Shown here piece after piece: positions 1 through 12,000 of a stretch of DNA of 64,000 nucleotides. The notes below the pieces were generated by a model. The model ran no database searches. It was not told the origin of the DNA and saw only the letters and a list, made by a program, of their open reading frames with translations. This stretch comes from Phoronis australis (taxonomy: Eukaryota; Animalia; Phoronida), in NCBI GenBank assembly GCA_002633005.1, contig NMRA01000259.1, positions 481,840 through 545,839 of the forward strand, read 5' to 3'. The position numbers and the translations under genes are program-made. How positions within the stretch are numbered: the first letter of the stretch is position 1; each line of letters begins with the position of its first letter.

Positions 1-840
1 AAGATATGGTTTGCCAACACTGCCAAACTGAAGACACGGTACAAAGCAAAGGGTATAAGATATGACTAGCCAACATGGCAAAACTGAAAGCAATTTAAGC
101 TGTGGGAAACAATAAATGGGTGGCCAATAGCCCCAAATTCAAAATGTCGTGCAACATAAGAAATTATAGGTACAGTTGGCCAACATTACCATGCAGAAGA
201 CAGGGTATAGCAAATGGAGAACAAAATACAGATCGCTAGAACGGCAAGCAACAGAGAACATACCATAATTTTCCATACAGGGATGTTTAAGATGAAGAAT
301 TGATGATGAACAGAAAACAATCATCTATCCACGAAAGTGTACAAAATGGAAAATCTAAAAAATTTAATACTCTCCACTTCTTTTTGGTTAAAAATTTCAC
401 AATAGGAATTTGACTGCTCACCAATCTAATTTAAACTTATTCTAAAGTGATGCTTACTCCAACCACAAGGTGATTCCCGGGTTTGGAGAGAAATCAAAAC
501 CTTTTACTTGAGATCACATACAATAATATGGCTTGCCACGGTGGGTCATTATGCTCACATGGCCACAAGAGCTGGCAGTTCTTCCCCAGCTCAGAAATCA
601 CTCCCCATACGAGTGAAGAACAAGTTGAGACCAACATTATAGCCGCGGTAAGTGATCAAAATCAAAAGTTAGTTCCCTTGACGTCTGATGACGGGTTCAA
701 TGCAGCTTTTACCCCTGTTGCATGCAGTCAATAAAGGAATAGATGATCCTCATAACAAAAGATATTGTATTGCATTTGAGGCAATCAGAGGACAGAAGTG
801 TTTGTAGTTGAGCAATAATTTCAAAGAAAGACTACCGTAC

Positions 841-948
841 CCTGGATGGGCAGGCGACGACTCCAGAAAATAACTGCTTCGTTTCCGGATTGAAGGCATT
901 CAGTGGAAGTACTGTATTACACCTGGCTGACAGCTCCACCCACCGACT
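841..948 (-). CDS. PAXIP1: PAXIP1 coding exon 3
   Basis: Acceptor TTCCAG, 36 codons SRWVELS...ACPSR including the BRCT WxxxS motif, donor GTACGG. Confidence 0.88.
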
Positions 949-2817
949 CTGGAAAATATGCATTCTGGTGATTGGTACCACCTACAGGTGCCACGACAAC
1001 TTAAACAAATTTTTGACAGATTCTGAATACAGAATAAAATGCTGATGGTAATACTATCAAAGAAATGAATACTTTACAATGAATACCGTAAACAAATTGT
1101 TACATCCAAGAGCTCAAATCCAGACTCCTTTTGTAAAATGCCTCTGAGAACTTCAACCTCTATTTACCCTTAAATTTCAAAAGGAAAATATTGACGAAAC
1201 TTCTTTGAAAGTAATTAGTAAAACTATCACTCCTAAGCAATACTAGAAAATTACCGTGACAACAGGAAGTTCAAAGAGCTCCTTGGCCTCAGAAAATTCT
1301 TCATTGGAGTCATCATCTGCAATAACATGAGTCACCATTTGGCTGAGGTAACCATCCTTTTTGGCACCACGCTCATTTAACAGCTTCTCAATCTGAAACA
1401 AAAGAAGGAAAGCTTAGCAATACAACTCTTGGCATTATACAAAATTCTTGAGTGAAGGAAATTTCCAATGTCGTGCAAAACACCTGACGTTTATTTTGTA
1501 ACACATACTGTTACAGTTGAGCAGCACAACTTCGACTATGACTCATTCATTTATTGACACGTGACTTCTGGGTGTGACATACAGTTGAATACAGCAACTG
1601 ACTCCATATCACTCTTGGCCACCATCCAGTAGAAGATCCTGGGTTGAAGTCTCAGTACTGGTGAATTTTACTACACTGATGTCCAACAATAGTAGAGCCC
1701 ACGTCTAGACAAGATGTCAGCAGCCTCTATATGTTATGGATATTTGGAACCATGCTCTTAGCCTGCCATCATCAACAACGAATCCTACACAAGACAGGCT
1801 AACTAAAACGACGAGCCTCGCTTAATAAAGTGACTTTTTTAGCCACATAGTTCACTAGCAGTGTTTTGACGTTCAGTGTCATGTACGCAACCTCGCAGAG
1901 GAAGAAATTTATTGAAGAATCAGTGAAAAAAGGGAACTGGCCAACAGGTGATGCTATATTTCATGGCGCTGACAGTCAGCGCATAAGGTTTCTCCACAAC
2001 TTAAGCAGCAGAATTACAGTGGGACGCCATTTTTTAACACCCATAACCATATACTCAATGTAACTGATGGCACACTCTAAACTGGAGCCTGTATAGTGAA
2101 GGCTCTAGCTATGCAGGAACAGTATCTTCTGGGATTCTACAATAAACTTGGCTAAACTATCACAGTTAATTATCCCAATTTTGGGAACGACGGACTGCTC
2201 AAACAAAAAGTTTGATAACGGCAATATTAATTTGTTCGAGTTGGCAGGAATTAAAGACAATGACGGCCTCCTTAGCACTAGCAGGGGCGTTGTTCAGGAT
2301 TTTGAGTTAAAGGGAGCCAGGGCACAGGAATAACCAAAATTTCAGCAGATACGCGCGCCCAGCCTAAAATGTAGGTATTCAAGGGCCTCGAGTTTTTGGG
2401 TTTGCGAACATTTTGACTAAAAAAACGGGGTTTGGTCAGCAACTTGCACCCGAACTATGATCAGGTACAATTTTAGGGGGGGGGGGGGGGGGGGNNGGAG
2501 CTGGTCCCCTTGCCCCCCCCTCCCAAATCCACCACTGTTTAGCCTGTCTATGTGCAAAAGGTACTTATAAAAACGTGAATTTAAGGTTTTCATCAGTGTG
2601 AGGCATAATTCGCTGAAAAGCCTCTGGCGTATGAAGCTCCTACACTTACAGGAGCTTCACTGCCTAGTGACTAGTGTCTGACTGAGTGGGAGCCCAGCAC
2701 TGACATTGTGCAATACTGTACCTTTTCGTCGATGTTTCCAATACAGTAGTACTGTATAGACTTAAAAATATTCTCCAAATGCTTTTCTGAAACGTCATGT
2801 TTCTTTTCATCGCTCAT
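841..2817 (-). CDS. PAXIP1: PAX-interacting protein 1 (PTIP), 5' part: exons 2817-2722, 1392-1255, 948-841; gene continues beyond the left edge
   Basis: Spliced translation MSDEKKHDVSEKHLENIFKSIQYYCIGNIDEK/IEKLLNERGAKKDGYLSQMVTHVIADDDSNEEFSEAKELFELPVVT/SRWVELSARCNTVLPLNAFNPETKQLFSGVVACPSR resembles the PTIP N-terminal BRCT region as recalled (YYxxGxID...SHII..D...EAREVFDLPVVxxxWVxLS..C..LLP.NGF.PE..Q.F.G..AC). All introns GT-AG, phase 0. Confidence 0.88.
1255..1392 (-). CDS. PAXIP1: PAXIP1 coding exon 2 (BRCT1)
   Basis: Acceptor TTTCAG, 46 codons IEKLL...ELPVVT, donor GTAATT. Confidence 0.88.
2178..2667. mobile_element. Degraded single-arm copy of the same TIR family, interrupted by a second element (2282-2537)
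   Basis: 2178-2275 and 2545-2655 align with the 4248-4460 arm (GGACTGCTCAAA..AAAAAGTTTGATAACGG; GAGGCATAATTCGC.GAAAAGC). The insert has CAGGGGCG...CCACCACTG termini and a poly-G/poly-C hairpin. Confidence 0.65.
2722..2817 (-). CDS. PAXIP1: PAXIP1 coding exon 1
   Basis: ATG at 2817, 32 codons, donor GTACAG. Confidence 0.82.
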
Positions 2818-2965
2818 GACTGACTAAACACCGTAATCTGCATAGATTTTGCCAAATGTTGTTGTCATTTATTGTCTCGGTCTATTTCCCGCGGTTCGCT
2901 TTCCTCTCGTCATTTCTCGCGTGGGTTGTGGAACTCTTGCTTATCAGAAGAACTAAAAGTGAAAA
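2818..2965. promoter_or_regulatory. Compact bidirectional promoter/5'UTR region shared by PAXIP1 and BCAT, with E2F-like sites
   Basis: Only 148 bp between the divergent ATGs. Locally CpG-rich; TTTCCCGCG at 2885-2893 and TTTCTCGCG at 2913-2921 match or approach the E2F consensus TTTSSCGC. Confidence 0.65.
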
Positions 2966-3001
2966 ATGGCTGTGTTTGCAAACACAAAGTTACTCGCCAA
3001 A
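2966..3001 (+). CDS. BCAT: BCAT exon 1 ([12 protein letters not shown])
   Basis: AAAATGG start context, donor GTAAGG, phase 0 fits exon 2. Confidence 0.7.
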
Positions 3002-6000
3002 GTAAGGGTAGGCAAATTATCACGAGTCAGCAGGCATCGTGATTTATTTCTATTTGCTTTAATGAACACGCATGGGAAGTTGTTGTTTTTTACGTCGAAA
3101 CCCCTAATGTTCTAACTTTCTGTGAAGAAACTGCTTCTGTCAGTAAAAACTCGTTCCGTGACCTCAAATGACAATAGTTCGAAAACACGAAACAATGTTA
3201 TAGTCGGTGGATGTTTTGTGATGAATCCACTGTTTATTTTGAGAAGTCAGTTTTTATTATTATAAGTATTGTGCAAATTTGAAATCTTCTATGTGATTTT
3301 AATTCAATTAAACCAGTTGCATATCGTACAGTTGTAAAAAGTCAAAAGCTAAAGGTTATGGAAGAGATGATGCAAGACTTCTGTGTAGAGTTCTAAAACT
3401 GTTTCACGGGGAGAATAATTGAGCCAGGATCACAGGCTCTCATTAAAAAGTTTGGATGATATCTTGTGAGATCTTGCTTTTCAAGCAAGATACTATTAGC
3501 GTAATTGAACTCGACCCTGGGCGTTTGGTTGCATCTACCTAAATCAATCATAGGCAATGACCATCGCCTCTGTTGGCCCGACCAAAGGCGATGCTGCTCC
3601 TATAGGTGCTCTGTACGCCGGAAGCTTTTCAGCGAATTATACCTAGCACTGGCTAAAGCATGAAAGTCACGTTGTTATAAATACCTTTTCCGCCTAGAGG
3701 GACACCTTAGGAGGAATTGTCAGTGTGTTTAATTCCTTCCAACTCGAACAAATACTTCCGTTAGCGAACTTTTTGTTCGAGCAGTCACTCGTTCAGTTCC
3801 TAAAATCATGAACTCACCATTTTTATACTGCGCACGCTCCAATTTTTACTGCGCTCGCTAGGTGTTGTGACTTCATGACCTCAATCTTTAAGTAGGCCAA
3901 AGGTGAGCCATTGCGGTCTTGTCACTCAAATGTTCGTTTCCAAAATGCCACCACTACTTGTCTTTAATTGGCGTTAACTGATTGTATTTCAATGAGATAT
4001 TGTTTTTGATTTGATAAAAATATATGCTGTTGATATGACATTTGATAGTCTTTGTGCACATATTTGACATTTTAATGTTTAACAACACGGCAAATGCACG
4101 GCTGGTCCCCGGCTGCACGTACGCAAAGGGCGGGGACTTCAGCTTTCAAAGTTTGCCGGTAGGACCACAACTTCTGACCTTCCGGGCCTGGTTAAAAGAA
4201 TGAGGTCATATCTCTTGGCGTGCGCCGAGTGAAAATGATGAGTTCACGATTTTGGGAACTGAAATAGGGACTGCTCAAAGAAAAAGTTTGATAACGGGAG
4301 TATTTGTTCGAATTGGAAGGAATTAAACACATCGACAACTTCCTAAGGTGTTCCTCTATGCACAAAAGGTATTTATAACAACGTGACTTTGATGTTTTAG
4401 TCGGTGCGAGGCATAATTCGCCGAAAAGCTTCCGGCGTCTGAAACGCCTATAGGAGCTGCATCACCTCTGGTCAGGCCAACAGAGGCGATGGTCATTGCC
4501 TACCTAAATCATGGTCAATAAACCAACCCTTAAATTTAAATGGCACTGGTTGGATATAGCGGTCCCTGTTTCAGACAACCAGTTTCATCCACATTAAATA
4601 ACAGCCCATTATTCAGTGATTGCCTGGTTCTCTAAATCAAGGACTGCTATATCCGACCAGCGCCTATTTAAATAGGGTTGGAAGTCCACACAGTGAAAGT
4701 GTAGAATCAAGTGCCATACTCAAACTCGAATTGCACGTCAAACATTAACCTGCACACGTCGTGAACACAAAATCATAAGAAATAATGCAGCGAATATAAC
4801 TGTATGGAAATCAAGCCCTTTGAAAGGACATATTCACTCGAAGATTTTACTTTTTGCTTGTCATTCCGCCGTTAGCATTTTAACCTACTGGCTGGCATTC
4901 GAGTCACTACATGACGTCATTAGGTAAAAAACTACAGTAGAAGATGACAGACGATTTGATTCGTTGATTAGAGGCGAAATATAAATGGGAAGGTGATTTG
5001 CAGTTTTCTAAATGTCTAAAGGGACTTTGATTTGGTTAGTACTAACACACTGAACAAGAATTTTCCGAACATTCTTATGGTTTATATCCTTTTGTGTTGA
5101 AAAGCCCTCTGGCAGACCTTTAGCTCTGTTTAAGAGCTGAGTATTGGCTACTACCTAAAACTCTGCAGTGAACACTGGTGAAAATCACCTTGTTCTAATT
5201 ATTGAGGTATGCACTTCTTGCTTCAAATACAGTCATCCTAAGCAGTTGACCAAAAAACAATAATGCCCTTAGGCGAGTGATGAAGACAGCCTTTATATTG
5301 CTATTCACTGCAGAATCTCAGATTCACCGCATTCCTCACTAGCAAGTGATTAGTAATCGTGTCGCCTTCTAACCTGGAGAGATTGGGCCCCTGGAATTCT
5401 TTGATCAGGTCAGCCGCCTTCGCAACCCTCCTCCCCTGTGTCTGCCAACAAAAGAGTAATTTAAAGCATAACAAATAGGATATTTGTATTTTGTTATCAC
5501 TATCCTACCAAGAGAGGGTAAGTTGATTGGAGTTACAAGATGGTCCGTCTCGTGAGTTGTCTCAATCATTTCTTGTGCTTGTTTTTCCAGCCATTTACAC
5601 GACTGCTGTACAGACTTTACTCAGCTGCATCAACCTTCAAGGTAAACATATTGAATTGGGTTTGTTGTTAGGGCTTTAAGAAAAGATCAGATTCAATCCC
5701 GAGAACTTAGATAAGTCGGCCATAAACCGAATGTGGCTGAAAGAGGTGATGTTTTAAAGGAGGATTTCGTCGCTGTTTAGTTTTCAATGTTGAATATTTA
5801 CTGATGCGCTTAGAGGTTTAAAAACATTGTCACAATTATCTGACCCGGAGTTGTTTTCAAATGAGCCAATAACTAAAGCCTCTGGCTATACCTGCTGATC
5901 TGACATGTTGTGTGCTTTCTTATAATTATTCCCCATGTGAACGCAGTATTAGGAATGTGAATGCAGTATTACCAGTAGTAACATGTGAATGCGCTATTAG

Positions 6001-9000
6001 CAACCTGTTTCTGATCTGCTTGTTTTCAACAGGCCAATGACCTGGTTGTGGAGGTCACGTCAAATCCGCAACCCAAGCCAGACATGAGCAACCTGAAATT
6101 TGGCCAATCAATGTCAGACCACATGCTGGAGATCAGATGGAAGGAGTCGACAGGATGGGGTGCTCCCCGCATCACCCCTTATCATGACCTTACCATATCC
6201 CCAGCTGCTAAATGTCTGCACTATGCCACAGAGGTAAATACATTTTGTTTAAGCTAGCTGAAATATCCGCAAAGGTGTGTGGTACTTTAGCGCAGCAAGT
6301 TTTCCGGAAAGTTAAGTTTTATTTCCTTGATAGGATTTTGAACTTTGGTATTAATTTTTGAGGTTTGGCTGCTGTATGCATATGATATTGTTATCTAAAT
6401 CCTTAATCTACTTTTTAGCCCCTCGTTGATATTTGTTTGTTTTAGTTTGACAAGTGAGTTTTAATTACAATAAGCACTTATCAAGTTTACTGTACAAAAT
6501 CCGTGTATTTATCGTAATTTGATCCTTATTGAGCTCTTCATTGAAAAAATAATAATTCATTTAAATTTATTTGAGTCTGACATAGGAATGAGTAAAACAG
6601 ATCAATTATTATTATTATTATTATAGTTATTATTATAGTTATTATATAATAGTTATTATAATAATTATGATTATAATTAATAATACTCAGATGAAGAAAT
6701 TGTGTGCGACTTATGCTGGCATTTTTGCTGTATTTTCGTTTATTTCTGCTGACAGCTTCAATCTGTTGTTTCATTGTTGTACTAACTCTGCTGTGTTGTG
6801 TAGATTACATTGACTGCCGTTATGTAAGTCAACACCCTCCCCCACACCCCCACACAGTCAAAACCTGCCATTATCCCTCGCATTTGTGCGGCTGACCACG
6901 CTTAACCTAGCCAGTAATTTGATGTGAGAAAGTCTTAACGTTCTGGAATTCAGTGTTCGCCTGTCATTGCGGAGCAGTCTGATTCTTTTCTATTGGGAAA
7001 TTAGCGACTGTCCTATTGCCACAAAAATTACGTCATTGTCGTTATTTCTGGACTACCAATCTCAGTTACTATCAGAATTTTTTGATATTTTTTCACATCA
7101 AATACTTCACCTGCTTCAGTCTGTACCTATTAAACACTTTGTGTGAATGTTGGCCTGGTCTTGTTTATGTTCGTTTCTCTGACCAATCAGAACATGGCGG
7201 CCATTTTACGGAAATACCCTCTGCAGTAAGAGTTGAAGAATCGGACCACAAGATTGGTTGCCACATCTGTGAAAAAACTATATTTTGGATGCCATTGTAG
7301 CTGCTATGCCAGGGTCTGTTCCATGAAAAGTGACTGAAGTCAGAAAGATGGTCTGTGCAAAGCTAGGCCTTGTGTTCAGATATTTGTGCAAAGCCTGGCC
7401 TTGTGTTAAGATACTTGTTCAAAGCTAGGCCTTGTGTTCAGATATTTGTGGAAAGCTAGGCCTTGTGTTCAGATATTCGTGCAAAGCTAGACCTTGTGTT
7501 CAGATATTTGTGCAAAGCCTGGCCTTGTGTTAAGATACTTGTTCAAAGCTGGGCCTTGTGTTCAGATATTTGTGGAAAGCTAGGCCTCGTGTTCAGATAT
7601 TTGTGCAAAGCTTGGTCTTGTGTTAAGATATTTGTGTGCCCTGGTTGAAATGGTGAAATTGTGTACATTTTAATTTCATAAAAATTCTACTGCAGTGAAG
7701 GCACATGGGCCTAGAGTCTAATCTACTAAACTCAGATTCTATTAAGATTAAGACTTGAAACTTATAATAACCAATTGTGTTTTATGATTCAAGTACTAAT
7801 TTGGAAGACAAATAGTTTACTTTTGGTGTGCCATGCAATGAGTCAATTTTGGAGTTCAGAGATTAGACTCCGGGATCTGATGTCAATGTCACTTCTTGAT
7901 TTCTCTGCAGCTTGTGCAAGATACTCATAGTAAATGTCTTGAGCTACATGGCATCTCATTCAGTTTTTCTCAGTTAGTGTTTATTGAAAATAAAGATAGC
8001 TGGATGCAATACAACATGAAAAGTCAAATTGTTGTGTCTTAACCATAGGGTAGTTAATAAAAAATTGACACTATGGCTCTCTAAGTTTTGTCTGCATCTT
8101 TGTCTCTAATTCATGTTTTCGTTTTGTCGTCAAAGCTCATGGAAGTGCTTATATTATGAACACAATATGTCATGTTTTGTCTTGTAACCACATCGTCTCC
8201 ATCCCTATCACTATCACAAGTTCAGTTTAAGGCCAAAGAACATGATTGGGGCCAGTCTGTCTGTGTATTTTTTTTTTTTTTTTTTTTTTGAAAATCGAGA
8301 TGATGGTGCGGTATTTGTTTTAATTGTTCACTATTTTATCAAAAAAGAAAATCCACCTGAAACAAGCAAAATGGTGTGGGATTTGTTTTTTTTTAATGAT
8401 CGCTTGGGAAATCATTGTGTTCTTAAACTTTGCTTACTCTTGCTTACGTGCCTTTGTGCAGTTTTTCAAAAAAGACATGACACCATGGCTGATATTGTTG
8501 CGGGCAGGCATTTGTTTTTTAGTTGATGAGGTCTCAAAATGAGTTGGGATGCACACCAGAACCAGCTATCCTTTTTTGGCCTAAAATACAGATTCATTAT
8601 ATGTTGCTTAACACTTTGGACCCAGTTGTGACACATAAATTCTTCGAATGGCAGGTAACTGAAATATGATTGCTTTCTCTCCTTTTGTACGCGTATGTTA
8701 CTAATTTCTATGTTAATGCAATAAATGATGTTCACTAACACCTTTTTAGGGGATTGATGGTTAACTTTTATCTGTCAATCAAATTTTTGTAGTCTACTTT
8801 GCTTTGGTTCCTTTTGTTACTAACAAACTGATCATTTTGATTTTCATCTGAAATGAATGTTCTGTGGCTTTAAGCCTCCGTGATAAATGAGCATGATTAT
8901 GTTTGTTAATCATTTAAATTTGAATTTAATTCAAGGTGTTTGAAGGTATGAAGGCTTTTTATGGCGCCGACGGTCAGGTGCGATTGTTTCGTCCTTTAGA

Positions 9001-12000
9001 GAACATGAAGAGAATGCAGGCCTCGGCAGAACGCTCCTGCTTGCCAGTAAGTCACGTATCATGCATGTCTGGTATCAAGCTCCACTGTGGTAACATCGGT
9101 ATTACTTTAGGACATCTTGTTTGACACGATGGAGAATGTATTAATTAAATTTCGTGCCGCATCACAAAAGTTGTGCCGTGTAATACAACACTTTCTTGGT
9201 TTCTATGGTTACCGCAAGCACTGTGGAGTTCATATGTGTTATTTTTCACTAAATTAACCAGTTAATGAATTCTTATTTAATGTTGTTCCAAGGCCACTAT
9301 TTTTGATTAGCCAAGACAGCTTTGCTCAATGTGTCTTGTACGGTTATGTAGGACCCTAGAAGAAAATCCAAGTTTGGCTAATTTTAGAGCATCATCATTC
9401 ATATATGACTGATCGGAGTCATATGAATCTGGGCTTTATTCAGTGTTCTCCAAAACACTGTAGTTATGAATTGATTATAAAATGTTCCACTTTTGCATGA
9501 GGGGCTGTGATATATAGGACGTCTATAGTATGTTCATCATGAAAAATCTCTGAAGTTGCATAACACGAAAACGAACTGTAACTAGTATTTTTCTGGGATT
9601 TCATCTTGAACATATCAAATAAAATTTGATAAAAATGTTATTGATACTGTTGTTTTGCTATCAGTGTATGTTTATTTTTATTAAATTGTACTAAAAATAC
9701 AGTTGTAGTAATGACTGATGAGTATAATGTCAAAAATCAAAGTCTATGCCTTACATCTTTCAGAAAATGTATATTTGTTAAAACGAACAGTTTTGTAGAT
9801 GTTTAGTTGATTACGTAATCTTGTCACAAAAGTGCCACAGATCATTAATTAACGCAGACTTTGTATAAAGCTAAACAGATTGAATTTTCGAGTTTTTGTT
9901 GTGATTGACTAATATAATTTGAGGTCACCCGACTCAAAACTTTGACGAATCACATTGCATGAAACTTTTAACTAGAAGTGTGCTATGCGATTGGTCAGTT
10001 TTTGAGCCGAGTTTCCAGTAGTGTTAGGGGCCAGTTCACTGCTTAAGTCAACTTTGTCGTCATTTCGATCTCTGACATACTCAACGTAACGGACGTGTCA
10101 TTTTAGACTTTTGACAAGGGTGAACTAATAGAATGTCTCCAGAGACTCATCGCTCTTGATAAAGACTGGGTTCCCAAAACGACAGACGGTTCACTCTACA
10201 TCAGGCCTACCCTGATTGGAACGGAAGTAAGTGTGTGGGCGCATCCCATCTAGATTTTAAGTTTTGTCTACACTAGGGGTTACCCGAAAACAGCTTATTC
10301 TAGACACAGCTTGTCTCCATTCATGCATTCAGCCAAGCTTCCACTCTACACACCCCACACCTTATAACGCATACGGCGCAAACAGGATTAGATCTGATGG
10401 CCACAGCTGGAACGATAAAGTCTCACCAATGTCAGACAAGAAGAATTGCCAAAATCACTCTTTTTTCATTTTTCCACGCATTCTAACATTGTTGTGAATG
10501 CCCTCAAATTTTCAAAATATTGTATCGTCTGATCCTGGCTTCAACATCATAGAGCAGTAATTTCAGTTATCTGCCATATTGTGTCCTAGATTGGTGAGAT
10601 TTTAGTGATGTTACTTACGCCTTGTTTGCAGGTGTGCGTCCACACGAGCATGTGTGCGTTCACACGAGCAGGTGTGCGTCCACACGAGCAGGTGTGCGTC
10701 CACACGAGCAGGTGTGCGTCCACACGAGCAGGTGTGCGTCCACACGAGCAGGTGTGCGTCCACACGAGCAGGTGTGCGTCCACACGAGCAGGTGTGCGTC
10801 CACACGAGCAGGTGTGCGCCCTCACAAGGACATGCGCTCGTTCCCCAACGAGTTGTCACATACATATGTGTCGAGTCGCCCCAACACAAATAGCGTCTAC
10901 ACTACTACTAATTTACATATCGCAAGCTCCGCCCCCTTGTGAAATGTTGACAAACAAACAATAAATTTTACCCAGCAACATGTTCTTTGTTGGGTAAAAT
11001 GGCAGGTTGGAAATGTAGGTGTGTCAAGAATGCTGTGTTCTGATTGGTCACTTTAGCTGTCACTCAAAGTCCTGGCGATTGGTGAATTCTAACGACAACT
11101 CATCCCAAGAAGAAGTTGTTCAAGTGTAATTCATGGTGTGGATGGCATTTTAGTGTTTAGTCATTATTGTAATGCTTGGCTGAGTTACAACACTGTTTGT
11201 TAACAGTTTGAATCCGTCTCGGTTCTTTGATAAAGTTCATGAAGCGCATTGCGGGTGCACTGTAAAGGACAGGTCGGGGAACAAATATTAAGTGAATGTG
11301 CTTGTGCTTTTGTTGGTATTCAAATTAGGTGCGCTTCAGTTTGATTGAAATTTGTTTCTGCAGGTAATTTTTGCTCCTTTCGTCTTGTCACCTCCCATTG
11401 TGAATATGTAAGGTGACGTATGTTGTTGTACTTGGAATGACGAAAGTTCAAAAACAGACAGGTCTAAGGAAATGTCAAATGACATAATTCTTTGTTACAA
11501 ATTAGGGAGGCGTTCATAATTTGTGTATGAAAAACTGGATTCCAGAATGGGGCATTTTGTGACTTTCATATTTTGCCCGAGTACAATAGGAATTTGTCGT
11601 GAAAATCAGTTGCTAAGTCAGCACACAATGTTATTTGATGTTAGTGTGTTTGTTATTCAACTTACATCTTCTATCTTTATTTTCTACATTCCGTTAGCAA
11701 AAATTCTACAAAAAAATCTTAATTTTCATTACAGCCATCTTTAGGCGTGGCGCCGTCTCTGGAGGCCATATTGTATATCATCACTGGCCCTGTGGGACCT
11801 TACTTTCCAACTGGTTTAAAACCTGTCTCTCTATTGGCTGATCCTCGGTATGTGCGGGCGTGGCCAGGTGGCGCTGGCAACTCCAAAATGGGCTCGTAAG
11901 TAATTTTGGCAATAATATATGGTTCAGTTGAGGCTGAGTTGAATGATATAGACTCCTTAGCTATCGAGCAGTTTATTTATACGTCATATAAGCGAGTTTG

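Noticed and set aside
455-600. Possible next PAXIP1 exon (fragments like QLLW and NHLVVG before a GTAAGC donor)
   Set aside because: The fragments lie in different frames with stops and no clear acceptor; does not yield the expected BRCT2 sequence.
10586-10964. Several overlapping repetitive ORFs and a CRISPR-like appearance
   Set aside because: Products of a 20-bp tandem repeat without stops; no unique spacers and no cas genes.
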